Below are positions 9,922 through 27,200 of a stretch of 64,000 bases of DNA, piece by piece (the first letter of the stretch is position 1; every line of letters begins with the position of its first letter). The notes below the pieces were generated by a model. The model made no database searches. It saw nothing but the letters and a program-made list of their open reading frames with translations, and was not told the origin of the DNA. Both the position numbers and the translations under genes were made by a program. The stretch lies in the NCBI GenBank assembly GCA_020891255.1, contig BQFW01000009.1, positions 1,240,001-1,304,000 on the forward strand, given 5' to 3'. The DNA comes from Entomortierella parvispora E1425 (taxonomy: Eukaryota; Fungi; Mortierellomycota).

Positions 9922-12278
9922 CTATCTGTAGGAAGAGGTAGCGCAGGACCCGAACGGCGTACCAAAACTCCACAGCATTGTTTCGATACAATTATGTACC
10001 TCATCACCCCTTGACCTGTAGCCTCCTGCTGTCCATGTTGGCTCGGGGCAAGGTGGCATCGGACACCCCGAGGGTTCATGTCGGGCCCAGATCTTGTTTT
10101 GGAGTAATCGTTCTACGAGTACTCCCCATGCCAGCTTGAGGAGTTGAGTACCGACCAGTGTTTGCGAAAATGTCGCATCAAAAAAAAAGGCAAGTCCGCT
10201 TTGAAGTATCAAGACCCCGAGGAGAAATAGACCTGTCATCAGCCACATGAGAGGGATGCCATTAGTTTTTTAAAAACCCTGATCGTCTGCCCCGCCTAGG
10301 ACGCCTGCAGCTCACCTGTGAACGTGAACCCTCTCTGTAGACAAGTGGCAGTTAAACTTAGCACTGCAGCAGCCATCATCCAGCCTCCATATCCTATTTT
10401 CAGATACTCAATAGCAGTTAGTCATTATTCTGCCGCTGATCCCTTTGCTCACCTACAACTATGGTCTCTTGCTACCTTTTACAAGCATGTTGCACATTGA
10501 TAGAACATGAAAAGCAAATCGAAGGGGGTATGTGCTACGGCTCTGCATGGCGTGTATGTCACTGACCATGCGATGCATCTTTGAGTGTTCGAGCTTAATG
10601 TCCTGTGTCATCTTTTGCCATGCCATCTCACTCTCGTGCTCTAGCGCTCCAAATGAAGAAAGCATAGATTCCAAAGCTGATCCTGAGGCTGTGCTGATCT
10701 CGTTAGCCAGAGATATGGATCTTTGGGTGATCATGTCGCCTCCATTAGCTGCTTTGGTACCCAACTCATCAACCAGTTCCTGAATAACCGCTAATCGATC
10801 TTGTATATGATCTAAAGAAGCAGCTGCAGCCAAAGCGTTGTTTTGTGTGTCCTGCACTGACCGAAGAATCTACAATGTACCATGAAAGCGCGTTAGAGTC
10901 TGACATTCGCCAGTAAGGTAGACGTAATGGATGGTGAATACCTGTACCAGCCCACTCTGGTAGTCACGCAAGAGAAAGCTCTTCATATTCTTGAGCTCAG
11001 AGAGAGCGCTTTCTTGCTGCTCCACTCTGTGTTCGTTGATTCGAGTCAGTTGAGTTAGGTCGCTCATCATCGACCTCAGGGTATCTCTCAAGAGAGTAGC
11101 GGTTTCCTATGAATCAATTCAGTTGGTTTATTAGTCGCGTGTTTCTCTCTTTTTATCTGCAACCAGAACATTATAATTGAGTGGCTGTTTTCCTACTGCA
11201 GTTGCTTTGACCTCTGACGTGATATTCAAGTGGAAGCCAAGAAGCTTGTTAAGGTGATCCATCTCTTGTTTGTGGAAAGCCGAGAGTTCGTCTCGCTGCT
11301 CTTTCAGGACAAAGACGTGGTCCGCATGTGCCTTCTTCAGATTCTCTTGTAAAGCTTGTAGTTGATCTAACATCAGGGTGAAGTTTGGTCGGTATAGGTC
11401 TTTGATCACAGAGGGTGTTTCATTACTTCCATCATCAGTTTCAGTGTTGCTCACTGTACTCCCGTACCTTGCTCAAGGGAATAGCGCACAGCCAGACACA
11501 TCACATTCACCTCGCGGAAGTAACCTGTGTATGATGTCCAGTGTTGAGGTACATGACTGAGGGATCTAGGAAGATGAAGACGAACAGTGGTGTTAGCCTC
11601 TTTTTTTTTTATTGTGAAAATACTGATGAACAGCACTCTGATACATACTGGATGCAGCTACTGACCACGTCCCTTCCGGATTTCGAGGACGGCATTGATA
11701 TTCCTGCCAGCAAACAATCTTCTGGAATGAGCAGATCAGCCGTTGCCATTTCACAAACAGTCAGTCGGATAGCGTCTAAATCATCAACAATGGTAACAAT
11801 AAGTGATGGATTTAGGGGGAGGGAGGGAGGACTCGGCTGTAAGGAACACTTTGACAGCAATAGGAGGCTTGCATTTTGTTTTTTCATCCTTATCCTGGTC
11901 AATATTGCGACAGCCTTGGCGGAGAGCTCTAGCAGCATCTTTGAAGCAGTCATGTTTCTGACCATGCACCAACAGAGACTCTATGCTCCCAAATCAAAAC
12001 ACAGCAAGCAAATGATGTCAGTCCTGAGGAGTAGAAGACTCTCTCTCTCTCTCTCTCCTTGATAAGAAAGCAGACTACAGACCGACGCCACGCTGCACTG
12101 TCGAAAGCTCCTCGGAACCAAAGAGCAGAGTGCTGTCCGAGTCGGACGCGACAAGTCGATCGTCCATCCAGGCCCTTTGGCGACGGAAGAGAGAAGCGGC
12201 TGTGAAGGCAGGCAAGACGAGGATGCCAGCAAGAGAGAGCAGGGTCAGGTACAGTCGAAGGCAAGCGAGGGGGGGCAT
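9922..12278 (-). CDS. KAR5: KAR5/Tht1/GEX1/Brambleberry-family nuclear-envelope fusion protein (multi-exon)
   Basis: Signal peptide MPPLACLRLYLTLLSLAGILVLPAFTA. The spliced Cys-rich domain CFKDAARALRQGC..DEKTKYAIRLTVCEMATADLLIPEDC...SCIQSLSHVPQHWTSYTGYFREVNVMCLAVRY is the family signature. Coiled-coil exons (11131-11454, 10870-11091, 10459-10857) and a C-terminal TM segment (9922-10248) follow. Internal boundaries are partly approximate. Confidence 0.82.
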
Positions 12279-12328
12279 GGTTAAGGTGGAGCAGTAGATG
12301 GGGGAAGGTAGAGCCTCTTTCTCTTGGC

Positions 12329-12363
<35 letters not shown>

Positions 12364-12604
12364 GACGCGCCACCAACCAAAAAGAAAAAGTGAAAAAAAA
12401 AGTAAAAAAAAAAAAAAAAAAAAGAAAGAGCTTCTAGCCCTGGTGGCTTGTATCTCCTTGACATGACATGTGTACCCCTTAACCACCATCGCACTTGATC
12501 ACCGCGACTACGCCCACATTCATTGACTCATTCCTTGCCATCTTCCCACCCGCAGCAGTAGCAGCCACAAGTCCAGTAATCTCCTACCCCTCAACTGACT
12601 GCGG

Positions 12605-15047
12605 ATGCTCATCGCTATAAAGCGCCCCTTCTCATTCAACCGCTCTGCTCTTCGTGGTGCCACATCTCGCCTCTTCAGCAACAAGCCGCAACAGGCCAAC
12701 CACGCGCCTTCGCAGAAACCCCAGGGCAACAAGAGCCCACAGCCGACTGCTTTCGTTCCCTCCTTCCGCCGAACACCTGTTCCCTTTGAAAGAACGCGAA
12801 AGAGCTCAGAACCCACGCAGCAATTTTACACGGGACCCATGTCTGCTATGTCTTTGAACGGCTTGAGCCTCAACAACTCGACTGCTGGACGGTCGATGCA
12901 GATTCAACTCACAGAGCAAGAGGAAAGGATCTGCGAGATTTTGGACAATGTAGCTAAAAGCTATGTGCAAAAAGGAGGCAAGAAGGTCGAACTACGCATT
13001 GCCGGAGGCTGGGTCCGCGACAAGGTATTTTTTTCGCCAATACCACAGATACCCTTTGCCCTAGCATGAACATGTGGATGTTGAGTCAAGACTCTAATTT
13101 TGCTCCCTACCATCACGATCATAGCTCCTTGGACTGTCTTGTCATGATTTAGATATCGGAGTCGACACCATGATGGGCTATGACTTTGCCACCTTGGTCA
13201 ACGAATTCAGATCGTCGCAAGGCCACCAAAAGAGAGCCATTGCCAAGATTGCCACCAACCCCGATCGGTCAAAACATCTCGAGACCGCCACCATGGTTGT
13301 CGAGGGCATGCCTTTAGACTTTGTCAATTTGCGCTCAGAAGTATACGACGATGTCAGCAGAATCCCAACAGAGATTGTAAGTTGCCACAGTGTCTCTTGC
13401 TAGACGTGACAAGGCTTCGTCTGGAGGGTACTGTTTTTTTTTCTTTTTCTTTCAGAAATCACATACTGACCTTGCCTGCTTCGGATATGGAATATAGCAA
13501 TTTGGAACGCCAGAAGAGGATGCCTATCGTCGCGACATCACCATCAACGCTCTATTTTACAACATCCACACACGCCAAGTCGAGGACTATACAGGAAAGG
13601 GACTCGAAGACCTGCAGAGCGGACTTGTAAGGACGCCTTTGGCCGCTTTCAATACCTTTTCTCAGGACCCTCTGCGTGTAATGCGCTGCGTCAGATTCGC
13701 TTCTAGGTTCAACTTCCGGATTGCAGATGATGCTAAGGAAGCCATCCTGGATCCCCGGATTAAAGAGGTTTTGAAGACAAAGATTTCAAAGGAGAGAATC
13801 GGTGCCGAACTCGACAAGATGATTGACGATGGTGCAGGACGTAGCATCGCCATTCGGCTATTGCATGATCTGAGCCTCTACGACGTCGTCTTCCCCCCTC
13901 CAGTTGTGGAAAACATTCCCAAAGGCACGTCAGACGTCACAGGATCGATTGGAGAAACCGACGAAGCGTTCAAACTAGTCTGGATTATGGAGTGGCTCCT
14001 CAAGATTAACCCTAGCCTGGAGACAGAAGAGTCACTCAAGGATAGAGTCTTTCAGGCGGAGGTGGACCAAGGACAGGAGTCACTCTTGGCTCAGTCTCGG
14101 GGCGCCCCTTTCGCCACACACCTCAACCCTTTGATCATCACAATGTCTTCTCCTTTGATCCCTCAAATCACACCCAAGGAAGATGAATTTCCGGAAAAGC
14201 AGTGCGCAAGAAGCTTGGTCCTCTCCGGAATGGTGTATCCATACCGCACCATGGATGCCATCGTCAACAAGAAGCACATGTCAGGAGCTACCTGGTCCTT
14301 ACGCTATGGACTCAAGTGCAAAAACTTGGATATTGAGATTGTTACAAAGTTGATGCAGTCTATGGAGACTGTTCGTCGGGCTGTGGATTCAGTGACCCAA
14401 TCTACCGAACAATTAGATGAACTCGGAATGCAAAAGGAGCGAGCAGATATGGGAATGGCCATCAGGGATGTCGGATTTGTGGCTATTATCGGAAAGAAGT
14501 GGCCATGCGCCTTCCTCTTGGGGCTGGGCGCTGAGTTGCTGCCAAAGTTTGAATCTTTGCGCCAGGGAGTCCTCGGTAATACGAGTTTTATGAGAGCACG
14601 ATTTCCTCTTTCAGCCTACACCCGTTTTACTAACCAAGACTATTTATTCCGTTCTTAGACGACGAGTCCAAGTCAACGATGGCCAAGTACAACAACTTTC
14701 TCTCAAAGGCCGCGACATATCATATCGATCACTGTTTTTCATGGAAGCACATTGTCGATGTAAGAACACGACATTTGTTCAGGATGATTGTCTCAATTAC
14801 GTTGTTCTGCGGAGCCAAACAACAAGTCTTGTTTGGCGACTTGAATATTCTTTACTAACAATCCTTTTGAACATTTTTTTTTCAAACTGTGTAGGGAAAC
14901 GAGTTGATGAAGCTGCTTTCAGTGAAACCTGGACAAAAAACGACGGAATACCTTCGACATGTAATGTACTGGCAGCTCCAGCACTTGGGATCATCCAAAG
15001 AAGAGTGCGAAGCATGGATTCTCGAGAACCGTCAACTGTTCACATAG
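12605..15047 (+). CDS. CCA1: CCA tRNA nucleotidyltransferase (class II) with N-terminal mitochondrial presequence
   Basis: Motifs after splicing: LRIAGGWVRDKLLG..DLDIGVD, KHLETAT, DFVNLRSEVY, EDAYRRDITINALFYN, DPLRVMRCVRFASRF, KISKERIGAELDKM. Last exon GNELMKLLSVKPGQKT...WILENRQLFT* ends at TAG 15045-15047. Confidence 0.95.
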
Positions 15048-15811
15048 ATCCACGGATGGCAGTTTATTGTTTCTTTTGTCTACCTATAAAGGATACATTC
15101 TCCAACTGCTTAACAATCATCAGCGAAGACATGCCAAATTGGGACTGCAAGCAAGAATACACAAAAGGATTGACTGTCTACAGAGACAACTGCTGGAGAG
15201 CCCTCTTGAAAGAAAAAATTGGACGTGCTCACAATTTTCCCTACTTTTTTTTATTTTGCTGTCCTGTGGCAAAGACCTGGAAGGACATCTGGAGCGCTTC
15301 TTGGAAGTCTTGCGTTTTTTATGATTCTTTTTTTCTTGCTGTCCGCGCTATTGTCCTCCCCTTGCAGCGAGGACGAACATCAGCTGTACAAAACACATTG
15401 TAACCCTGCGCGGTTTAGGTCTGCAAAATAGGCACAAAGACGGACCGAAACAATACGGACATTTTTGTGCGACATCAACAATGAAAGACTCCAGGTGGCA
15501 TGGAGCACGCTGGGAGGGGAAACAATAAAGCTCAAGAAAATGAAGGGCGAGCTGGCTGGACCTTTGTTCCCAGCTTTGATTGCCTCTTTCAAGGCCCTCG
15601 CCACCAGGGAACTACTTTAGTCATTTGTCTGGATTATATAAAATACGAGCCTCTTTCTGGTCTTCCTCCCATTGTTGGACAACGGTATTTTTCATTTTTT
15701 TTCCCAGGTTGCTTTTCTACATTGACTTTCAGGACCGATCATCCCTGAAGCAATCTCATCTCCCCCCCTTTCACGCGTCGACCCACTGCAGCAGCTCATA
15801 TTTTTTAAAAA

Positions 15812-19723
<3,912 letters not shown>

Positions 19724-21242
19724 ATGAAGAAGAGCCATAAAACAAAACAGAATAGACAAAAAAAAAAACGACGCGTCCTTTTCACGAATTCTGATGAAAG
19801 AAACCAGACGCGTATTTTTTGCACGATTCTCATTACAGGGGAAGCTCAGAAAGCTGTTTGGAATGGAAGCACACGGTAAATAGTTTCAGGCCATGTTTTT
19901 TTAAAATAAAGGTAAAAGACAACGATGGGGCAAAGGGAAGGGCCCGGAGCTATGAACGCTGACAGCAATAGCATCGACCTCAGTGGTAGCAAATAGCCCG
20001 ACAGATGAAAAGAAAAGAAAACAAAAACCTTGTGTTCAGCCCTTCCTTTTTTTTCTTTTTTCTTTTTCCTTTCCTTGAGCTGGGGCAGCCCACGGCCCAC
20101 ACTGAGCGGACAAAGACCCCCTCCCCCCTCGAGGATCATTCGTTTTGTCCTTACTCTGACCACTCACCCCCCACCCACCCCTCACGGAGACTTTCTGGTG
20201 AATCACGGTTGGCTTTGAAAGCAGGGAGGGGAAGGTATAGTTCAGCGTTGTTTGACGATGGCCATTGTTTTTTTGTGCTCCCCTTTTCCCTGACGTCTGT
20301 ATGTCTGTGGGGATACATCTTTGACGAGGCAGACGTGGTTCATCGACATCTAGCAAACAAATCTGCCGTCCTATTTTCTTCCCAGGACGGTTGGACAAAA
20401 AACTTTTTGAGCAAGATGGCGCGAAAGAAAAAGAAAGGCAGAGAACCTCGAACAACAACATGGCCCCGGTCCCGATCCACATCCTCACCCTATCTCATCC
20501 TTGCTTTTCCCTCTTGCCCGCGGGAGCAGCGTGTGGTTAACACGCTCGTTGCGGGGTCACTCTCTTTTTTCTTCAATCTTGCGATGTTGTGCATAACAGT
20601 AAGGCCAGTTCCTGGCACAGTCGTGGAAGAGGGAGAGAGAGAGGGAGAGAGAGGGGGGGAGAGGGAATAGAACAACCTTGAGGACAAAGAGAGTTGTATG
20701 TTGACCGTGTTTGTTTGTGTATTCTCCGTCCATTCTGCTTTCCCCCTCTTTCCCGCTCGTGCCCAAACTCTTTTTTGAATTCGTCTTGTCCTTTCCGGAC
20801 TATTGGTCCGGGTGAAGGACCCCTTCTGTCACTTTGACTTTTGTTCCTCTTCTTCCTTCCCACAGAAGGGCAAGGAAAAGGAACCCTCTTGGCACCGAGA
20901 GAGTGGAAGAGATTGAAGACAGATTGGACTTGTTGGAGAGAGGATAGCCCAGATATGAATAAAAACAGGACCGTCCACTCTCTTTGTACCCACAAGAACA
21001 CCTCGCCTTCACCCCTCTTCCTTTCCTCTCTTTACCCTCTTCTTCCATTGCTCTCTTTCTTTTTAAATCATCATCCGTCCTCCCTCTTTTCCTACCTTTC
21101 CCTCTGCCTCTTCCACCCTTCTTACTTTGTCTTCCACCCCGCCCTCCCCAGTCACCAAGAGAGCACATCCACACATCCACACGCACGCACAAACCACCCG
21201 ACCCCAACATCCACCCCCTGCCCCTCTCACAACACACGCAAC

Positions 21243-23734
21243 ATGACTGTTCCTGAATCCAAAAGTCGTCCCTTGACTTCAGTCTCGATTGTCGACACGA
21301 CCACTCAGACAAAGGTGCATTCGTTTGTGCGTCAAAACCCCGTCTCCTTGGCTTCCTTCCAGGCCAGTCAAGAGGATGCTGGTCGAGGTGATCACAATGG
21401 TCGCGTCTCTGTCCAACCCACTAGTTTCGAAGGCGGTCTCCTTGTCGGATTGTACGATCGTAAGTGGGAAGATCCCTTTATTTTTTTTTATTTCATTTCT
21501 TATTTTTTTTTTTTTTTGAGCGCCGTGCGCAAACAAAGGCGCGCGCGCGCACTGCACCGCATTTTCCTCTGGTCTCCTCCCCTTGATTATCACTTGGTAC
21601 CAAACAACCGAAACAAAAAGAAGCATCGACCCAGAGGCTCGGGTCAAAACTTGGCGACGCAAAAAAAAAAAAAAAAAAAAAAGGAAGGGGGAGGAACATG
21701 TGCAAATCGGAGAGGTGGGCCCTGATACATAGCATGTTCAAGATGCGTGAGAACTCTTGCACGCGAAAAAAGGGGAGAAGGGGGAATTTGGATTACCATT
21801 TCTATGGATCACCCACCTGTCTTCCGTCTCGTCTTTATCTCCATTGTTTGCCACTTCCCATTCTTTGGCTCTCAATTGTCAACTACCCTCTGCCTTGGTT
21901 ACTGAAAAAAGGACGGGTACGTCCATGCTGTCAATGGGAACACAAAACCTCAAAAAAAATCAAAAGCAACTTGCGCCTGGCAAAAGAGTGGACGGCGAAG
22001 GGAGAAGAGGATGGGTTTTTTTGTTGGTCCATGCAGAAGTGCATTGAAGGTACACTATTCTCTGTACTCACGCACACGCACATGTGAGGGACGCACTATC
22101 CGTGGTCCCCACCCCTCGCACTTTCTCTGTTCACTTTCTACGTCTGCTCTGCGGATAGATGGGTTGAAAAAAAAAGTCCAAGACAGACAGGGAAGACAGG
22201 GAAGAAAGATACTTTGCATAAACATGAGAGCCATTCTTCTTCCCATCCTTTCTATCAGTTTTTATAATGCGGCGCCATCGAATCGCTGGTTACCTAACTC
22301 ACTTGCAAAAACTCTTGTGTTCGAACGTCGTACTCTTTTTTTTCTTTTTCTTTTTCTCATACCTTACACTCGCTCGGTCCACTAGCTCACCATGGTCCCC
22401 AGTGCGCCGAATACCTTCAACAGCACCTTGTACCCATCCTGGACGAATCTCTGTCGACACAATTGGATCATCAGGACGACAGCAACATTTCTGGCTCGAT
22501 CCAGAACCTTGCCGACATTGACTCGACCTCGGGAACCAGTGCCTGCAAGATTGATCCCAACCAAGTGATTGACACGCTCAAATCCACATTTTTGGAACTG
22601 GATGAGCTCTTGTTGGCCACTGCCATTACTGTGGCGCTTACCCAACCCGAGGATGTTGATTTGGCCTCGGCAGATGAGGTCAAGAAGGCGCAGGAGGTCC
22701 TGGCCCAGGTCGTGACAGGTTCCACGGCCCTGGTCGGCTTCTTGGCCCCTCACCAATCCTTCTCAGAGACGTCTCTTTCGGTGGCCTTGGCCGAGGTCGC
22801 CGCCGATGCCGCTGCACAAGGAGCAGGCGATGTGGTTCAGAAATTGGATTTGTATTTGGCACAACTGGGCGACAGTGTCGCCATCTTGGCAGGATTGGAT
22901 CATCTGGGCCAATGGACCGCGCGTCGATTGAACCCGCCCGAGACCCATGAGCATTCCGTTCGGTACCCTCACTCGGACGAGTTCCGAAAGGTGGTCTCGG
23001 AGGCCAAGGACCGCGCGTTGACAGCGGAGCAGTTTTTCCGTCAATCAGCCTCCTCCTTTGACCACAACGATAGCAGCAACAACACCCACACCAACGCAAA
23101 GGACAATGCGCCAGAAATGACCGATCCAGAGGGAAGCTTTTTGACCCGCGGTGGTAAATTTTTGGGTTTGCCAGTGACAAGAGCCTTTGGCGACTTGGAC
23201 TGGAAGATTGAGCAGGATCCTCGGCACTCGGTCGCGACTTGGGTGGAGGCGTCCTTGAAGGCCCAGATCGAGAGGACATTGCGGCAACAGCACGAGGCCA
23301 ACTTGCCGCAGGAGCAGGTCGGGATCAACAATCTGAACGACCCTCCATATGTGGCGGCCGATCCTAGGATCACCCGGTATATTCTCCAGACCCGGAAACG
23401 TACCTCAATAGTCTCCGCCTCGGGAGCGTCGGATCAGCTGCTCATCTTGCTCAACCGGGGATTCTTGTACAGCACTCATATCACCCCTTCTGCAGCGTCG
23501 TCCTCTTCATCATCAACACAGGACAAGGTCAACAACAGCGGCAACCCATATGACCAGCAATTGATCTCCGATCTCCAACTCTCACGCGTCGTGGCCGATA
23601 CCCTGGAGAAGGGCGAGGAGAACGCGGCCCTGGCGGTCGCAAGAGCTCTGGATCAGGCCCGCAAGGAGTTGGGTGTTGTCGATTGTGAGGGCGAGGAAGG
23701 CCATGAGGGATCGGTCTTGGTCGTGGTTCTTTAA
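21243..23734 (+). CDS. PP2C/pyruvate-dehydrogenase-phosphatase-like protein with degenerate catalytic motifs
   Basis: Exon 1 (ATG 21243 to 21459, donor GTAAGT) splices in frame across a 926-nt intron to 22386, giving LVGLYDPHHGPQCAEYLQQHL. Later GSTALVGF, LPVTRAFGD, PPYVAADPRI, LLILLNRGF, ENAALAVARAL and SVLVVVL occur in PP2C motif order. Confidence 0.7.
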
Positions 23735-24223
23735 AAAAAAAAAAAAAATTGCTACTGAGCTGCTTTTTTTTTTCACCTCGCCTTCTTCTTCCTACCTTGT
23801 ATCTAGCCTTTGTGTTTTCCTTTCTATGTATGTAGTGTCATTGCCCCCGTATTCTTTTTCATCCTTTTTTCTTGAACGATCTCTCGAGAGACGCTTTCGT
23901 CATAAAAACTAAATATATATGTGCGCTTCTTATTCCTCATGAGAAAAGAATGCGATTGGTACTTTACAAGTCATTCATCTTCGCATTCAAAGTTAACAGA
24001 AAACTCTTGCTCCTTTGAAAGGTGCCACCACCGATATGAGCGACCAACTTGATGTATCTCTTTTGAAGGTTCAGACAAAAAAGGCCAGGCGTGAGAGGAT
24101 GAGGATGTTATGGAAATGTATTTTATGTGAACTACTATACCACTTTGATATTTGAATATGGATTGATGCGCTTTTTTTTCTCGAATGTCAGTCTCTCATT
24201 GCTTCCTTTTTTTTTTTTTTTTT

Positions 24224-27200
24224 TTAGCGGCCAACCATCTCCTCAGTACCGCGACGCCATCTCTCCTCTGGTCGGAGGGTCCCGTTTTTGTGGTTCAGAT
24301 ATAAACTATTATTTACATATACTTGCACTCTTGGAGATGCGCCAGGTGCCGTCAAGGTCGCTGTTGTCATAGAGGAAGTCGGCGCAGAGGAGTGCAATAT
24401 TGATGACGGCGATGCAGCAGACGTTGTCCTTGCCCCGCTTGGTTCTAATGAACCACTCTGAGTGCCACCACTGCCGCCAAAACCATCAGTACGATAGGCA
24501 TTTAAAGAAGTCAAAGAAGTTGTTGACGACGATGGTACGGAGGGCGTAATGAAATCAGCCATACCACTGCTCGCCCTGAATCCTGGCATTTCCATTGATG
24601 ATGAGGACGACGTGGTCGTCACCAAACTCGGAAGGGCAGGCGCGCTTGCATTCGGCGGCAGAGTGGTGCCAGGATAGGGTGATCCTGCCAAGTTGAAGTG
24701 CTCAAATCCATTGTTCTCATGACTAGTCCTGAAACTAGACCGATTTCCGATCGATTGAGGCACTACTCCACTTCCACTGCTTCCTGACAGCCCGTTGGAT
24801 GGCATAGCTGGAATAGATTGATATGGATGCTGTTGAATTTGCTGAACTGAAGGAGGGGGGACATAGGTTGTCCCCGGGTATCGTGACATTGGCTCTGGAT
24901 CTCGTCGCATGGGCTGTGCTTGTTGAGATGCAGACGTCATATTCCGCTGAAGGTATTGTTGCTGAAGATTTTGTTGCTGTTGTTCAAGCTGCAGCAGCTC
25001 CAGTCGGCGGTGTTGTGTTGTGATGGATGAACCATTAGCACGTCGGGTATGATGAGTGATCGGCTCGTTGGGCTGAGGCTGCAGAGGAGGTGCTCTGTTA
25101 ATGAAAGTGGCTGCAGGCTGTCGAGCTGAAGTCTGTTGGACCTGACTCGACCTGCTACCATTTGGAGCCAACTGAAAAGACGATTGCCTTTGCTGTTGTT
25201 GTTGTTGCTGCTGATAGTAATCCTCTGATCCCGATCTTGTTACTGTAGTAGTATTCGCTGTCATTTCTCCTTGAGAGTGGTACTGAGTGAGTCCTTGCTG
25301 ATAGTCCTGGAATCCTTCCACTGATCTTGAGATAAAAGACGTATTACGATGAGGCGCGCCACTGTTGGAGTCGTTCCCGCGAGCCGTGCTAATGACAGGG
25401 TCCACGGGCACTGGTAACTGCATCGTAGGTCTATAGCCACCCAAGCCTGAATCACTACCTACTGTTGCTGGACGAGTGGTGGCTAAGTGCGAGGCCACTC
25501 CGGAATGGAAGGCAGTCATCTCTTGCCCGTATTGTTCGAGCTCTCGCTCCCACTCCCGCTCCCTCCTCAAAAGATCCGACATTTCTGTCATAACTCGCCT
25601 TCGCCTCGAATGCTCGGGTCCATAGCGATTGCGAACGTTGCCGTAGATGTAGTATAATCCTCCTTGGCTGAATTGCTGTTGCTGATGTGGCTGTCCAGAG
25701 TTTGGTTGGAGGATTCCCAAAGAAGGTTGACCGCGTCGAAGCGAGACCGTCTCTAGATCTTTGTCATCTGATTCCTGTAGGGACCGATGTCTATTGGGCT
25801 CATCGCAATCATCATCACTCCAGCTCTCGCCATTCGGATTTGTAACCCATGATGATTTCAGCGATTGGTATCGGTGATTATCAGCGAGCAGGCTGTCTGC
25901 TTCTGAAATATGTTCAACGCCTTCGAACACAGTCCCAGAACTCACAACACGAGACCTTCCATGGCCTCGGATCACGTCGCCTCCATTCCATCGGTTCCGA
26001 TCAAGGGTCGTCCTTCGTAAACGCCTCCTTTGTTCCCGTGCACCAAGCCAGTCTGGATCATCCTCCTGTTCGTCAAAGTTGCCTTGCGATGTGACCGAAG
26101 AAGCAGAAGAGGATCCATAGGATTCGCTGCTGCTGCTTTCAATGGGGTTGCCGTTGCAGTCCAAGATCTCTGCAAAAGTAGGGCAATGAACTGGATAAAA
26201 CTGAGGCAATATAGGGGCATCCCTACCACGAGCAGATGAGCGGTCCTCTGCAGCCTCTATTGAGTCCGTTTCTTGTCCAACTTCAGCTTGTCCATCATCC
26301 AGGGAGCCTGCAAGACTTGTCCCTCGACTGCCTCCAGTATGGTTGATCATGCTTCTTGTATCTGCTGGATGAGCTCGGTTCCATGGTGGGCGGTCTGCGT
26401 AGCCCATGGACGAATCTCTCTCACTCAACAGGCGAAGCAACCGAGTGAGGCGTGCTTGACGGATCCGAGAAGCCATGGACAGGATCGAAGAGTCAAACCC
26501 AGGACGATTGGAGGCAAGTAAAGAGAAATCAAGAGGCTCTTCTGACAATGGGAGGACTGTCTGAGAATCAGATAGAAGTGGCCCCAAAAGACCGAGCCTG
26601 TCCGTAAGCGTAGCATTCATGGTGGGAGGGGACTCTATCTCGCTGTGCAGAGTGATGGGGGCATCCACAGTGACATCCAGCAATTGTCCAGAGAAGGTAT
26701 CCTCTGAGTTGGTATCCTCAGCTGTCGCATCCATCCTTATGGCGCCAACCCCGTCACTCAGTGTATCCTCATCTACTGACACTCTACTGCTGAGCTGTCC
26801 CGTAGGCAAGGGTCGAGAGAAGAGGGGAAGAGGTAAGGGGGCATCCATTGGTGTGTCTAGATTGGGAGAAACAGTGGTAGGGTTTTGATCGGGAGTACTG
26901 TCGACAAGAAGCTCGTGGCCAACCAGCTGAGAAGAAGTGGCATCTTGGTTGGAAGGAGGGACTTCGGAGGCGACATCATCCAAAAGATATTCGCCATGCT
27001 GGACGACTACTCCGTCCGCCGCTGTCTCACCCTCGGCGTTGTTCAGAGCAATAACATCTGGATGGCGCAACCAATCATCTGAAGATACTGATCCAGAGGA
27101 GTAGTCTCTCGTGGCGTATCTTCTACGGGGAATGGCACCTCTGGGCAGCATGACCAGATTATCGACGGACAACGAGAGTGTTCGTCCTGAGATGGCATAG

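Noticed and set aside
19846-22385. Numerous F/S/L/K-rich ORFs upstream of and within the PP2C-like gene
   Set aside because: Products of pyrimidine/purine tracts in promoter and intron sequence; only the 21243-21459 exon is supported.
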